From: Caldilineaceae bacterium
GTDB taxonomy: Bacteria > Chloroflexota > Anaerolineae > Caldilineales > Caldilineaceae
Reading direction: 5' to 3'
Assembly: GCA_022824685.1 (NCBI GenBank)
Contig: JAJDZJ010000033.1
Coordinates: 2,522-66,521 of the forward strand
DNA: 64,000 nucleotides
Below are positions 19,038 to 27,721 of the stretch, in pieces. A model generated the notes under the pieces. It saw only the letters and a program-made list of their open reading frames with translations. It did no database searches and had not been told where the DNA came from. Position 1 is the stretch's first letter; every line of letters begins with the position of its first letter. A program made the translations under genes and the position numbers.

Positions 19038-20405
19038 ATGCCACCCAATATTCTGTTTCTAATGAGCGACGAGCACCGCGCGGACATCACCGGCTACGAG
19101 GGCGATCCGGTGGCGCGTACGCCTACGCTGGACATGCTGGCGCGGACCGGCGCGGTATTCAGGAATGCCTACGCGGCTTCGCCAATCTGTATACCGGGCC
19201 GACAGGCGATGATGTCGGGGCAGCTCCCGCGCACGTGCGGCTGCGAAGTGTTTGCCCAGGATTTGCCGGTGGGGCACATGACGTTTGCCCGCCGTTTCAG
19301 TCAGTACGCCTATCAAACGGTCGCGGCGGGCAAGCTGCACCATACGGGCGCCGACCAGATGCAGGGGTGGAGTCAGCGCATCGGGTCGGCGATGCAGGTG
19401 GGCCCCCACTTTATCGAGGGGCGGGACGAGGATTCGTTTGCCCGATACACGAGAGAGCTGTCTGCGGTGAAGTGGAGCGACACGAAGGAGGTACTGCGGG
19501 CGGGCGTGGGCCATTCGCCCCACATTGTTCAGGACGAGTACGCGCTGGCCGGCGCGCTGGACTTCATCGAGCAGTACTTCACCGACCCGTACTACGACCG
19601 GCAGCAGCCGGACCGCCCCCTGCTGCTGAAAGTGAGCCTGAATCAACCGCACTACCCCTATTTCACGAGCGAAGAGAAGTTCACCTACTATCTGAACCGG
19701 GTGGAGCCCTTCCTTGACGAACCGGTTTTCGACCATCCGTTTTTGAGCCAGCGGCAGGTGCGGCCGGGCGTTGACGCCTCGCCGCGGGAGCTGCGCCGCG
19801 CCGTTGCCGGGTACTACGGCATGATTGAGCGGATCGACGAGATGTACGGCTCGCTCCTGAGCGCGTTGGAGCATGTGGGCCAGGACCTTGACGACTGGAT
19901 TATCGTCTACACCAGCGACCACGGCGAGATGCTGGGCGAGCACGGTATCTGGGAAAAGCAGAAATTCTTCGAGGCCAGCGCGCGTGTGCCGCTGATCATT
20001 CGCTGGCCCAGGTCGCTCGGCGGCGGCAGGGTCGTCGAGGAGAACGTGAACCTGTGCGACCTGTTCGCCACCCTGTGCGAACTGTGTGAGATCCCGGTTC
20101 CGGAGGGGCTGGACAGCCGCAGTATGGCGCCGCTTCTGCGGGGCAATGGGGGAGACTGGCGCAACGAGAGCGTCAGCCAGTTCGGGGCGCGCAACCTGAT
20201 GATCAAGTGGGATGATCTGAAGTACCAGTATTACGGCGAAGAGATGCCGGAGGTGCTGTTCGATCTGAATCGGGATCCATCCGAGCGGGAGAATTTTGTC
20301 TGCGAAGACCAGTATGCGGGCGTGCTGGAGGAGTTCCGGCAGAGACGGTTTGAGCTGGGGTTCGGGCCGGGGGCGCGGGAGGGATACGTAAATGCAGGGT
20401 ATTGA
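19038..20405 (+). CDS. Cys-type sulfatase (formylglycine-dependent)
   Basis: NILFLMSDEHR, then SPICIPGRQAMMSG (CxPxR) and TSDHGEMLGEHG. The ATG at 19038 is preceded by AGGAG. Confidence 0.85.
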   Translation: MPPNILFLMSDEHRADITGYEGDPVARTPTLDMLARTGAVFRNAYAASPICIPGRQAMMSGQLPRTCGCEVFAQDLPVGHMTFARRFSQYAYQTVAAGKLHHTGADQMQGWSQRIGSAMQVGPHFIEGRDEDSFARYTRELSAVKWSDTKEVLRAGVGHSPHIVQDEYALAGALDFIEQYFTDPYYDRQQPDRPLLLKVSLNQPHYPYFTSEEKFTYYLNRVEPFLDEPVFDHPFLSQRQVRPGVDASPRELRRAVAGYYGMIERIDEMYGSLLSALEHVGQDLDDWIIVYTSDHGEMLGEHGIWEKQKFFEASARVPLIIRWPRSLGGGRVVEENVNLCDLFATLCELCEIPVPEGLDSRSMAPLLRGNGGDWRNESVSQFGARNLMIKWDDLKYQYYGEEMPEVLFDLNRDPSERENFVCEDQYAGVLEEFRQRRFELGFGPGAREGYVNAGY

Positions 20406-20414
20406 GCCCGAGCA

Positions 20415-21578
20415 TTGACCATAGGGGAGGCAGCTCAGGCCATACAGAACGGTGAGACGACGCACGCCGCGTTCATGCCGGCCGCGGCGCGTCCCATAAG
20501 GCTGGCTGAAGTGTTCGTCTCTTTTCTGAACACAGAGGGCGGGGCGCTCTGGTTGGGCATCGAAGACGACGGCACGGTTTCAGGCGTGACCGATGTGGAT
20601 GCCGCCCGGCAGCGGATCGACCAGGTACTGGCAAATAACGTTACGCCGCGCGCCGCGGCCTTTGTTGAACAGGTTGACGTCGGAGGAAAGCAGGTCCTGA
20701 AGATCACGCTGCCGCGCGGGCTTGACCGACCGTACTACACACAGCGCGGCCAGTGTTATGTTCGTCAGAACTCGGGGAAGCGACTGGCCTCACGCGAAGA
20801 GATTCGCCGCATGTATATGGCAGCGCCCGCGTTCTATTATGACGAAACTGCGCTCAGTGGGACCGGTTTGGCGGATGTCGATTTACCGGTCCTCAACGCC
20901 TTTCTGCGCGCGGCCTACGGCTTGCCAGAGGAGAGCGAAAGGCCCGACGACGAGCTGGCGCGTTTGCTTCGAAATCTGAAATGTTTGGCAGGCGACGAGC
21001 TCACGGTCGCGGGGGCGCTGCTGTTCGGGCGACGGCCACAGCGCATGCTGCCAACGGCGCGTGTGGAGTTCGCTCACTTCGCAGGTACGAAGGCAGGAGA
21101 AACCATCCTCGACCGCAAAACGGTTGACGGTCGTTTGCCGCAGCAGTTGGAGCAGGCGGAGAGTTGGCTGCGACTGCATCTGCTCAATGCCGGCGTCATC
21201 CGAGGATTTGAACCGGAGACGCAGATGGAACTGCCGCAGGAAATGCTGCGCGAGGCGCTGACCAATGCCCTTGTCCACCGGGACTATTCTCTGTCATCTC
21301 CGGTGCGTGTTTTCCTCTTTGAAGACCGTTTGGAGATTCGCAGCCCCGGATCATTGCCCAATGGTGTAACGGTGGAAAATGCGCGCGCCGGCATTCACGT
21401 GGAACGCAACCCGATCATACTCTCACTGATGTCCAAACTGGGGCTGATGACCAGGCTGGGAACGGGAATTCTGCGCATCTTTCGCCTGGCGGCTGAGTGG
21501 GGGCTGCCAGAGCCGGAGCTGGACGAGCGCGACGCTGAATTCGTTGTCATCCTGTACCGGATGCCAGCGACGGCATGA
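20415..21578 (+). CDS. AlbA_2 (Schlafen-type) plus HATPase_c_4-like ATP-binding protein, a putative nucleic-acid-binding regulator
   Basis: LAEVFVSFLNTEGGALWLGIEDDGTVSGV (AlbA_2 core). C-terminal EALTNALVHRDY...IRSPGSLPNGVT...NPIILSLM. TTG start. Confidence 0.7.
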   Translation: MTIGEAAQAIQNGETTHAAFMPAAARPIRLAEVFVSFLNTEGGALWLGIEDDGTVSGVTDVDAARQRIDQVLANNVTPRAAAFVEQVDVGGKQVLKITLPRGLDRPYYTQRGQCYVRQNSGKRLASREEIRRMYMAAPAFYYDETALSGTGLADVDLPVLNAFLRAAYGLPEESERPDDELARLLRNLKCLAGDELTVAGALLFGRRPQRMLPTARVEFAHFAGTKAGETILDRKTVDGRLPQQLEQAESWLRLHLLNAGVIRGFEPETQMELPQEMLREALTNALVHRDYSLSSPVRVFLFEDRLEIRSPGSLPNGVTVENARAGIHVERNPIILSLMSKLGLMTRLGTGILRIFRLAAEWGLPEPELDERDAEFVVILYRMPATA

Positions 21579-22354
21579 AGTATGGAGAATGCGCCATGCT
21601 GGAACGGAGAACCCAGGACGAATGTATACTCGAATCCCCGGCGGCGGAGGGAAAGCCTTTTACCGACAGCGACCCCTGGCGCGTGTTTCGTATCATGGGC
21701 GAGTTTGTCGAGGGCTTTGACACGCTGGCGGGGCTGGGCGCTGCGATTTCGATCTTCGGGTCGGCGCGCACGCGGCCGGACGATCCCAATTACGCGGCGG
21801 CTGTCGAGACGGCGCGCCTGCTGGCGGCCTCGGGACTTACGGTCATCACCGGGGGCGGGCCGGGCATTATGGAGGCCGGCAATCGGGGGGCGCAACCGGA
21901 GAAAGGCGCCTCGGTCGGTCTGGGCATCGAGCTTCCGTTCGAGCAGGGCGTGAACGGATACGTCGACGTTGGGCTCGAATTTCGCTACTTTTTTGTGCGC
22001 AAGATGAACTTTGTCAAGTATTCGCAGGGATTCGTCATTTTCCCCGGCGGGTTTGGCACGCTGGACGAACTGTTCGAGGCGCTGACGCTGATTCAGACGG
22101 GAAAGGTCAGGAAGTTTCCGGTGGTTCTCTATAACTCCGACTATTGGGGAGGCCTGCTGGACTGGCTGGGCGGCGCGATGCTGGCGGGGGGGAATATCTC
22201 CGCCCCTGATCTGGAACTGATGCGGCTGGCGGATTCGCCGCAGGAGGTCCACGAGCTGATTCTGGATGGTCTGTCGAAGCAGGCGAGTTGGTGCGAGGAG
22301 TCGGCAGAAGCCGCCCGCGCGGCAACGCGGCTGGCCCTGGAGGCGAGGAGATAG
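21575..22354 (+). CDS. LOG-family (TIGR00730) nucleotide 5'-monophosphate N-glycosidase, long form
   Basis: ISIFGSAR, VITGGGPGIMEAGNRGA and FPGGFGTLDELFEALTLIQTGK. Its ATG overlaps the upstream stop as ATGA at 21575-21578. Confidence 0.85.
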   Translation: MKYGECAMLERRTQDECILESPAAEGKPFTDSDPWRVFRIMGEFVEGFDTLAGLGAAISIFGSARTRPDDPNYAAAVETARLLAASGLTVITGGGPGIMEAGNRGAQPEKGASVGLGIELPFEQGVNGYVDVGLEFRYFFVRKMNFVKYSQGFVIFPGGFGTLDELFEALTLIQTGKVRKFPVVLYNSDYWGGLLDWLGGAMLAGGNISAPDLELMRLADSPQEVHELILDGLSKQASWCEESAEAARAATRLALEARR

Positions 22355-22924
22355 ATGGCGCGCAGAAGAAAGGGGCTGAACCGCCATCAGAAGGCGGCTC
22401 TCAAGGGCAGGGAACACAGGGTGCGGGGAGAGGCGATCCCGCGTCTGATCGAGATGGCTTACAGCGCGGACCCTGCCGAGCGGCTGCATGCGGCCGAGAA
22501 TCTCTGCCCCTGCCACGTGCGTAGGCGGGTTGAGGACGCGTGGGAGGCGCTCTACAGACTGATGCAGGACGAGGATGTGCGGGTGCGACGGGCGGCCTGG
22601 CATACGTTGGAGGACGGCGGCTGCCCGGACGACCCGGCGATTCTGCCGATCTTTGAGCGGGCGGTCGCCAACGAGACGGACAGCCAGGTGCGGCGCTTTG
22701 TGGAGTTGTTTGCGGTCCCGGAACTGTCGGAGCGCAGCCGCCAGGAGGCGTTGCGGGTGGCCTATTCACCGTTCCGGGCGTACGGCCGGTGTGACTTTTG
22801 CGGTGAGAATGGGCGGCGTGTGCGCAGGGAATACGAAACGGAATTGACAGGCGGAGACGGCGTGGAACGTCTTGCCCAGATCTGCCAGGAGTGTGACGGA
22901 CAGGTGTATTCGCTTTCCCCCTGA
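22355..22924 (+). CDS. HEAT-repeat protein with a C-terminal CxxC...CxxC zinc ribbon
   Basis: DPAERLHAAENL...DEDVRVRRAAWHTLEDGG...ETDSQVRRFV repeats. The C-terminus reads CDFCGENG...CQECDG. The ATG abuts the upstream TAG. Confidence 0.65.
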   Translation: MARRRKGLNRHQKAALKGREHRVRGEAIPRLIEMAYSADPAERLHAAENLCPCHVRRRVEDAWEALYRLMQDEDVRVRRAAWHTLEDGGCPDDPAILPIFERAVANETDSQVRRFVELFAVPELSERSRQEALRVAYSPFRAYGRCDFCGENGRRVRREYETELTGGDGVERLAQICQECDGQVYSLSP

Positions 22925-22948
22925 CTCCCATTCGCGGCAGGACGGGTC

Positions 22949-23303
22949 TCAGCTTTCCTCCTTCGCCAGGAGTGTTCCCGCTCTATCCAACACTGCATTG
23001 ATTACGTGCGCGGGCAGAGCCGCCAGGAATGTTGCGTCTCTGGCTCGCCAGTCCACGCTCTTGACCTGATCTACGAGGACTGCTCCGGTCAACTTTAGCC
23101 CTGAAGGAATCGCAACTTCGAAGGGGTATCCCTTTACCTGATTGGTGATCGGACAAAGAATCGCCAATCCTGTTATCCCGTTAATATGATCCTGGTGACA
23201 GTACGATAGCGGGACGTCGGCCCGCCTGTTCATGCCCGCTCTGTGGCGCGAAGTTAAGCCAAACGGCGTCGCCGCGCTGGGGTACGTAGTCGCGGGGCGT
23301 CAC
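22949..23303 (-). pseudogene. mazF: MazF/PemK toxin interrupted by a 1-nt frameshift
   Basis: From the GTG at 23303 the reading is (M)TPRDYVPQRGDAVWLNFAPQSGHEQAGRRPAIVLSPGSY, ending at a stop (tta at 23181-23183). The homology continues in another frame as NGITGLAILCPITNQVKGYPFEV...DQVKSVDWRARDA (track ORF 22949-23233). Both halves align colinearly with E. coli MazF. Confidence 0.75.
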
Positions 23304-23551
23304 CTTGATTCACGCCCCACCTCCGGTCCAGTGTCCACTTCACCGTGCAGGTTGTGTTCGGTCACTTGCGCCAAGAGGTCTGACAATTTCAGAGGGGGAG
23401 GGGTCACGGGCACGATGACTAACTCTTCGCCTCGCAGAGTCAAATTGACTGGCGAGTTTTCTTCGATTCCAACCTGGTTGGCAAGGGGCTTGGGAATGCG
23501 CAGAGCAAGACTGTTGCCCCACTTCCGTACTTGAGTTTTCATCGTTCTCAT
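23300..23551 (-). CDS. mazE: MazE (AbrB/SpoVT-fold) antitoxin, intact
   Basis: KTQVRKWGNSLALRIPKPLANQVGI...LVIVPV...LSDLLAQVTEHNLHGEVDTG aligns with E. coli MazE. Its stop overlaps the mazF GTG as GTGA. Confidence 0.85.
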   Translation of the reverse strand: MRTMKTQVRKWGNSLALRIPKPLANQVGIEENSPVNLTLRGEELVIVPVTPPPLKLSDLLAQVTEHNLHGEVDTGPEVGRESR

Positions 23552-24155
23552 TCTCCAGAATTAGTAACTCAGTGAGAGAGGCGAAGGCGCATGCGGTTTG
23601 GTAGATAAAATAACTATACGCAAGTTGTTGCAGACCTGCATAGGTGAGAATCCTGCAGCGCCAGGCCGGACTGCAGACAATTTCGGCTGAACGAATCTGT
23701 GGCATGTGATCGCCTAGCATTCATTTCGTGGAGAGGGCCATCAGGCCCATGAAGCGTTGCAGGCTGGAACTGCAGCGTTATTGGCAAGGCCACTGGAGAA
23801 CTGCCGGAACCGGTCTGTAATTTGCCTATGCGCATTAAATTCATATAATAGCAGTTGGCGCAGAAGCTGAAGGGCAATACGTTTGCGGGTCCTTCCCCCC
23901 GACCCAACGCACTGACAAAACACCGTGCTTCCTGCCAATAGCAGTAGCAGAGCGTTGCGCCAAGTAGCGCCTTTCCTCACTTTTGGTCACTGCCGACGTT
24001 CAACAGCGGGTCTTGGAGATTTGCGTTTCGTCTGCAGAAGGGTCTGATTCTCCTGGGCCAGGCTTGGCCGAATGTTCACAATTCTGAATGGTTTAATGAC
24101 AAAGGCTGCCGGAACAAGGCACAGTTGACATGTAGGTGAACCGTGGAGATCAGGC

Positions 24156-24878
24156 ATGGGGCGCACAGTCATTGACTTGAGTATGCCCGTTCACAACGAC
24201 ATGGTGGTCTTCCCGCGGGTGACCCGTCCGACGTTGTTGATGTATGAGGATTGGGAGGGTTTTGCGGAAGGCATCGGCGCGGCGGAGCATGGCGTGACGT
24301 CGCTGACGGCCCATTACCTGACGATTCTGGGGGACCATGTCGGGACGCACATTGACGCGTTGAAACACCTTGTTCCCGGCAAGCCGGGGCCGGAGGGGAT
24401 CCCGCTGGAGTACTGCTACGGTGACGGTGTGCTTCTGGATTTTCGGCACAAGGAAAACGGCGCCGGCATCACGGCAGTCGATATTGAAGAGGCTCTGCGA
24501 AAGATAGAGTACGAGATTAAGCCGCTTGACCTTGTGCTGATCTGGACGGGGGCTGGAAGTTACAACGATGAGGACAGATACCTGAGCGAGCACAGCGGCA
24601 TGACCCGCGAAGCGACGCTTTGGCTGATCGAGCGCGGGGTGAAGGTGATGGGGATCGACGCGGTCACATTTGACCCGCCGGTGTGGGCGATGTTTGAGCG
24701 CAAGCAGTTTTGGGAAGCCCATCGCGTCATGAACGAGCATGAGTACTATCATGTAGAGAACCTCTGCAATCTGGAGCAGATCCCGCGGCCGCACGGCTTC
24801 ACGCTCTCGATGCTGCCGGTGAAGTGGGTAGGGTCGACCGGCGCGCCGGTGAGGGCGGTGGCGATTGTGGAGGATTGA
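24156..24878 (+). CDS. Cyclase-family protein (kynurenine formamidase-like metallohydrolase)
   Basis: HVGTHIDALKH motif, 240 aa. Confidence 0.75.
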   Translation: MGRTVIDLSMPVHNDMVVFPRVTRPTLLMYEDWEGFAEGIGAAEHGVTSLTAHYLTILGDHVGTHIDALKHLVPGKPGPEGIPLEYCYGDGVLLDFRHKENGAGITAVDIEEALRKIEYEIKPLDLVLIWTGAGSYNDEDRYLSEHSGMTREATLWLIERGVKVMGIDAVTFDPPVWAMFERKQFWEAHRVMNEHEYYHVENLCNLEQIPRPHGFTLSMLPVKWVGSTGAPVRAVAIVED

Positions 24879-25057
24879 ACAGATTGCATTTCAGCGGATG
24901 CGAGGTCGATAACGAAGGAGGGTTCGTTCCGCCTTATGCGGCGACGTGATTTCAGTCCATGCCGGACTCATAGGGAAAGCAAGTTCGAGTTGCAACATGA
25001 CTGCCTACCACGCTGAATTCTGTATTTCACTTTAACCTTCATTCCAAGGAGAAAAGC

Positions 25058-26527
25058 ATGAACAAGCTCAGCAGACGATCATTCCTGCGGTCGGCGGGTA
25101 TGGCCGGCGCCGGTGTCGCGCTGGCGGCATGTACGGCGCCTGCCGCGCCGGCGGCCCAGGATGCGGCCGAAGACGAGATGAGCGGGGAACCTGGCATGAC
25201 CGGCAACCTGCAAATCTGGGTCCAGCACTACACACCGACGGAAAGCATGGAGCAGGGACCCAACAATCCCCTTCCTCACAACATGATTCAGGTGATCTCC
25301 GACGAGTACATGGCTGATCATCCAGGGGCCACGGTCGAGATTATCAGGAAACCGGATAACCTGGCCTCGCATGAGTGGATCGTAACGCAGCAGGCCGGCG
25401 GCACGATTCCTCACATTGTTTGGACGCACTCGTTCTGGGTGCAGGATGAGATTGACAAAAACTGGTGGATTCCGCTGGATCCGTTCTTCGAGCAGCCCAA
25501 CCCCTACGTCGGCGCGGGAGAGCCGGGCAGCGAACGCTGGCTGGACCAGTTCTACGAGATACCTACCGAGGCGAAGCGCGGTCCGGACGGTAAGCATTAT
25601 GTCGTGCCGATCGACCTGGTGACGACGTTCTTCTTCTTTAACAAAAATGTATTCGACGAGGCCGGTCTTTCGGCTCCGAGCACCTACGGTGAGTGGATCG
25701 AAGTACAGGAAGCATTGATGGATACCACGATCCCCAACGCCCGCCTGGCTTGGTATGAGTCGCAGATTGGCGCGATGCTCTATGCCAAGAAGGATGATAT
25801 CATCAACGCCGACGGCGGCGTCGCTTCCCTGGAAGAGGTCGGTTGCGCCATGAAGAACGGGCTATACAGTGCCACAGACCCTGAATACGGCGATTGGTTC
25901 CGGCTGGTCAAACAGCTGATCCCCTATCTGGCGCCGGACTGGGCGGCCGAGGGCGCGGACTTCAACCGCAAGTTCCTCCAAAAAGATGTCGCTGTATTTG
26001 AGGACGGCAGCTGGCGCTTCGGCTATCTCAAGGCCGATCCACTGGTCGATTTCGAGTGGAGCACATTCTACGCTCCCACCATCACGGAAGCGGATTCGCC
26101 GTTTGCCATAGGCGAAGCGGCCCCTCCGATCGGCGGCGCGACAGCGGCCCAGTGGGCGCTGGCCACCAAGACGGAGCAGGATGGAATCGTTCCGCTGGCG
26201 GTGGACTTCCTGCGATACGTGACTGCGCCGCAGAATGCCGGCCGGATGATTTCGGAGACAGGCACGTTCCTGCCCAATATCAAGGGCGTTGACGTCAATC
26301 CTGATCTGAAGGAGCCGTTGCGAGCCATCACCGAGGGTTTGGGCGAGGCCGGTATGGTCACCTATCCCGACAAGATCGGCACCGAGCAGCGCGAGAAAAT
26401 CGCAGCGATCTGGACTGACTTCAAGCTGGACGTCGTAACGCAGGATGAGGCCGCAGGGCAGATCAATGAGCTGCTGCTCGAGTACGCCGATGAGGCGATT
26501 GAGAAGAACGGCTGGGACTGCAGTTGA
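25058..26527 (+). CDS. Sugar ABC transporter substrate-binding lipoprotein (family 1 SBP)
   Basis: Tat/lipobox signal RRSFLRSAGMAGAGVALAAC, 489 aa, AAGGAGA RBS. It is followed by MalF/MalG-type permeases. Confidence 0.85.
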   Translation: MNKLSRRSFLRSAGMAGAGVALAACTAPAAPAAQDAAEDEMSGEPGMTGNLQIWVQHYTPTESMEQGPNNPLPHNMIQVISDEYMADHPGATVEIIRKPDNLASHEWIVTQQAGGTIPHIVWTHSFWVQDEIDKNWWIPLDPFFEQPNPYVGAGEPGSERWLDQFYEIPTEAKRGPDGKHYVVPIDLVTTFFFFNKNVFDEAGLSAPSTYGEWIEVQEALMDTTIPNARLAWYESQIGAMLYAKKDDIINADGGVASLEEVGCAMKNGLYSATDPEYGDWFRLVKQLIPYLAPDWAAEGADFNRKFLQKDVAVFEDGSWRFGYLKADPLVDFEWSTFYAPTITEADSPFAIGEAAPPIGGATAAQWALATKTEQDGIVPLAVDFLRYVTAPQNAGRMISETGTFLPNIKGVDVNPDLKEPLRAITEGLGEAGMVTYPDKIGTEQREKIAAIWTDFKLDVVTQDEAAGQINELLLEYADEAIEKNGWDCS

Positions 26528-26668
26528 TAGTTGTTAGTTGTCTTTAGTGAGCTTCTGCTTGCCAAAGATGTTTACTAAGGGCTGGAATCTCAAGGCCCAT
26601 TAGAGCAGGTGGGTTCCACGGCAAAAAGTTGTGGAGCCCGCCTGCGCTGTAGAAACGGGGATAGCGCT

Positions 26669-27634
26669 ATGACAACAGAAGAGATTCGCGCGCCTGCGTC
26701 AAGCGCCACGATGGCAGACCTGCGTGCGCCGCGGGAGAGGCAGGCAACGCTCGGGCAGCGCATCTACCGCTACCGATTCGTTTACCTGATGCTGGTCCCT
26801 ACTTTTGCGCTGCTGCTCACGTTCAACTACTACCCGGCCTTTATGGGGCTGTACCGGGCCTTTTTCAAGTGGGATATAGGTTTGCAGCCGGAGTTTCTGG
26901 GGTTGGGAAACTTTGAGAAGCTCTTCATCAAGGATGACACTTTCATCAAGTCGCTGCGCCATGTGAGCCTGCTTACTTCATGGCGGGTGATCAGCGCGGT
27001 GACGTTTCCCTTCATTGTCGCTGAACTGATTTTCAACTTGCGCAGCAATGTACACAAGTACACGTATCGCGTCCTGACCATTCTGCCGGCGGTCGTGCCG
27101 GGCATCGTCATCCTGTTGCTGTGGCAGTTTATTTATGACGGGACGCACGGCCTTTTGAACGCCTTCCTGGAGGGGGTAGGACTAGAGGACTGGCAGCAGC
27201 CGTGGCTGGGCAGCCCGAAGACGGCGCTTTATGCGGTTACGTTCATGGGATTCCCGTGGGTGGGCGGTGTCACCGTGCTTATCTATTTGGCGGGCCTGCA
27301 GGGCATCTCAGATGAGGTGATTGACAGTTCGCTGGTAGACGGATGCTCCGGTCTGCGGCGAATCTTTTCGATCGACATTCCTCTTATTCTCGGGCAGTTC
27401 AAGCTGATCATCGTGTTGGCGGTCATAGGCGGCCTGCAGGGCTGGGTCGCTGTGTTTGTGATGACGGCCGGCGGGCCGGGGACGGCGAGCATGGTGCCCG
27501 GGCTGTGGATGTACAACAACGCTTTTTTGTGGAACAAGATGGGTTATGCGTCCGCCATCGGTATGTTCTTGTTTGTGCTGATTATGGGTCTGACGATTAT
27601 CAATGTGAAGTTTGTCAAGACGGGTGACTATTAG
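26669..27634 (+). CDS. Carbohydrate ABC transporter permease (MalF-like)
   Basis: Six predicted TM helices and a binding-protein-dependent transport fold. The ATG at 26669 is preferred over the track start. Confidence 0.85.
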   Translation: MTTEEIRAPASSATMADLRAPRERQATLGQRIYRYRFVYLMLVPTFALLLTFNYYPAFMGLYRAFFKWDIGLQPEFLGLGNFEKLFIKDDTFIKSLRHVSLLTSWRVISAVTFPFIVAELIFNLRSNVHKYTYRVLTILPAVVPGIVILLLWQFIYDGTHGLLNAFLEGVGLEDWQQPWLGSPKTALYAVTFMGFPWVGGVTVLIYLAGLQGISDEVIDSSLVDGCSGLRRIFSIDIPLILGQFKLIIVLAVIGGLQGWVAVFVMTAGGPGTASMVPGLWMYNNAFLWNKMGYASAIGMFLFVLIMGLTIINVKFVKTGDY

Positions 27635-27721
27635 GCGGCCAGCGGTTCGGGAACGGGAATTGCCGGAACAACGGCCAGGGCTCGTAGCAGGGCTAGCCAG
27701 GACAGGCAGGAGAGTTGAGAA

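Noticed and set aside
21575-22354. LOG-family protein as a stand-alone defence effector
   Set aside because: Long-form LOG/TIGR00730 proteins are common housekeeping enzymes. Only the unusual tight coupling to the AlbA_2 and HEAT-ribbon genes is worth noting, and that is reported as a lower-confidence finding instead.
23614-24172. ORFs inside the 604-bp gap (23614-23907, 23741-23980, 23987-24172, all minus strand)
   Set aside because: They have no RBS, no recognisable domains and atypical composition for this genome. I treat the region as non-coding, and it is flagged separately as a finding.
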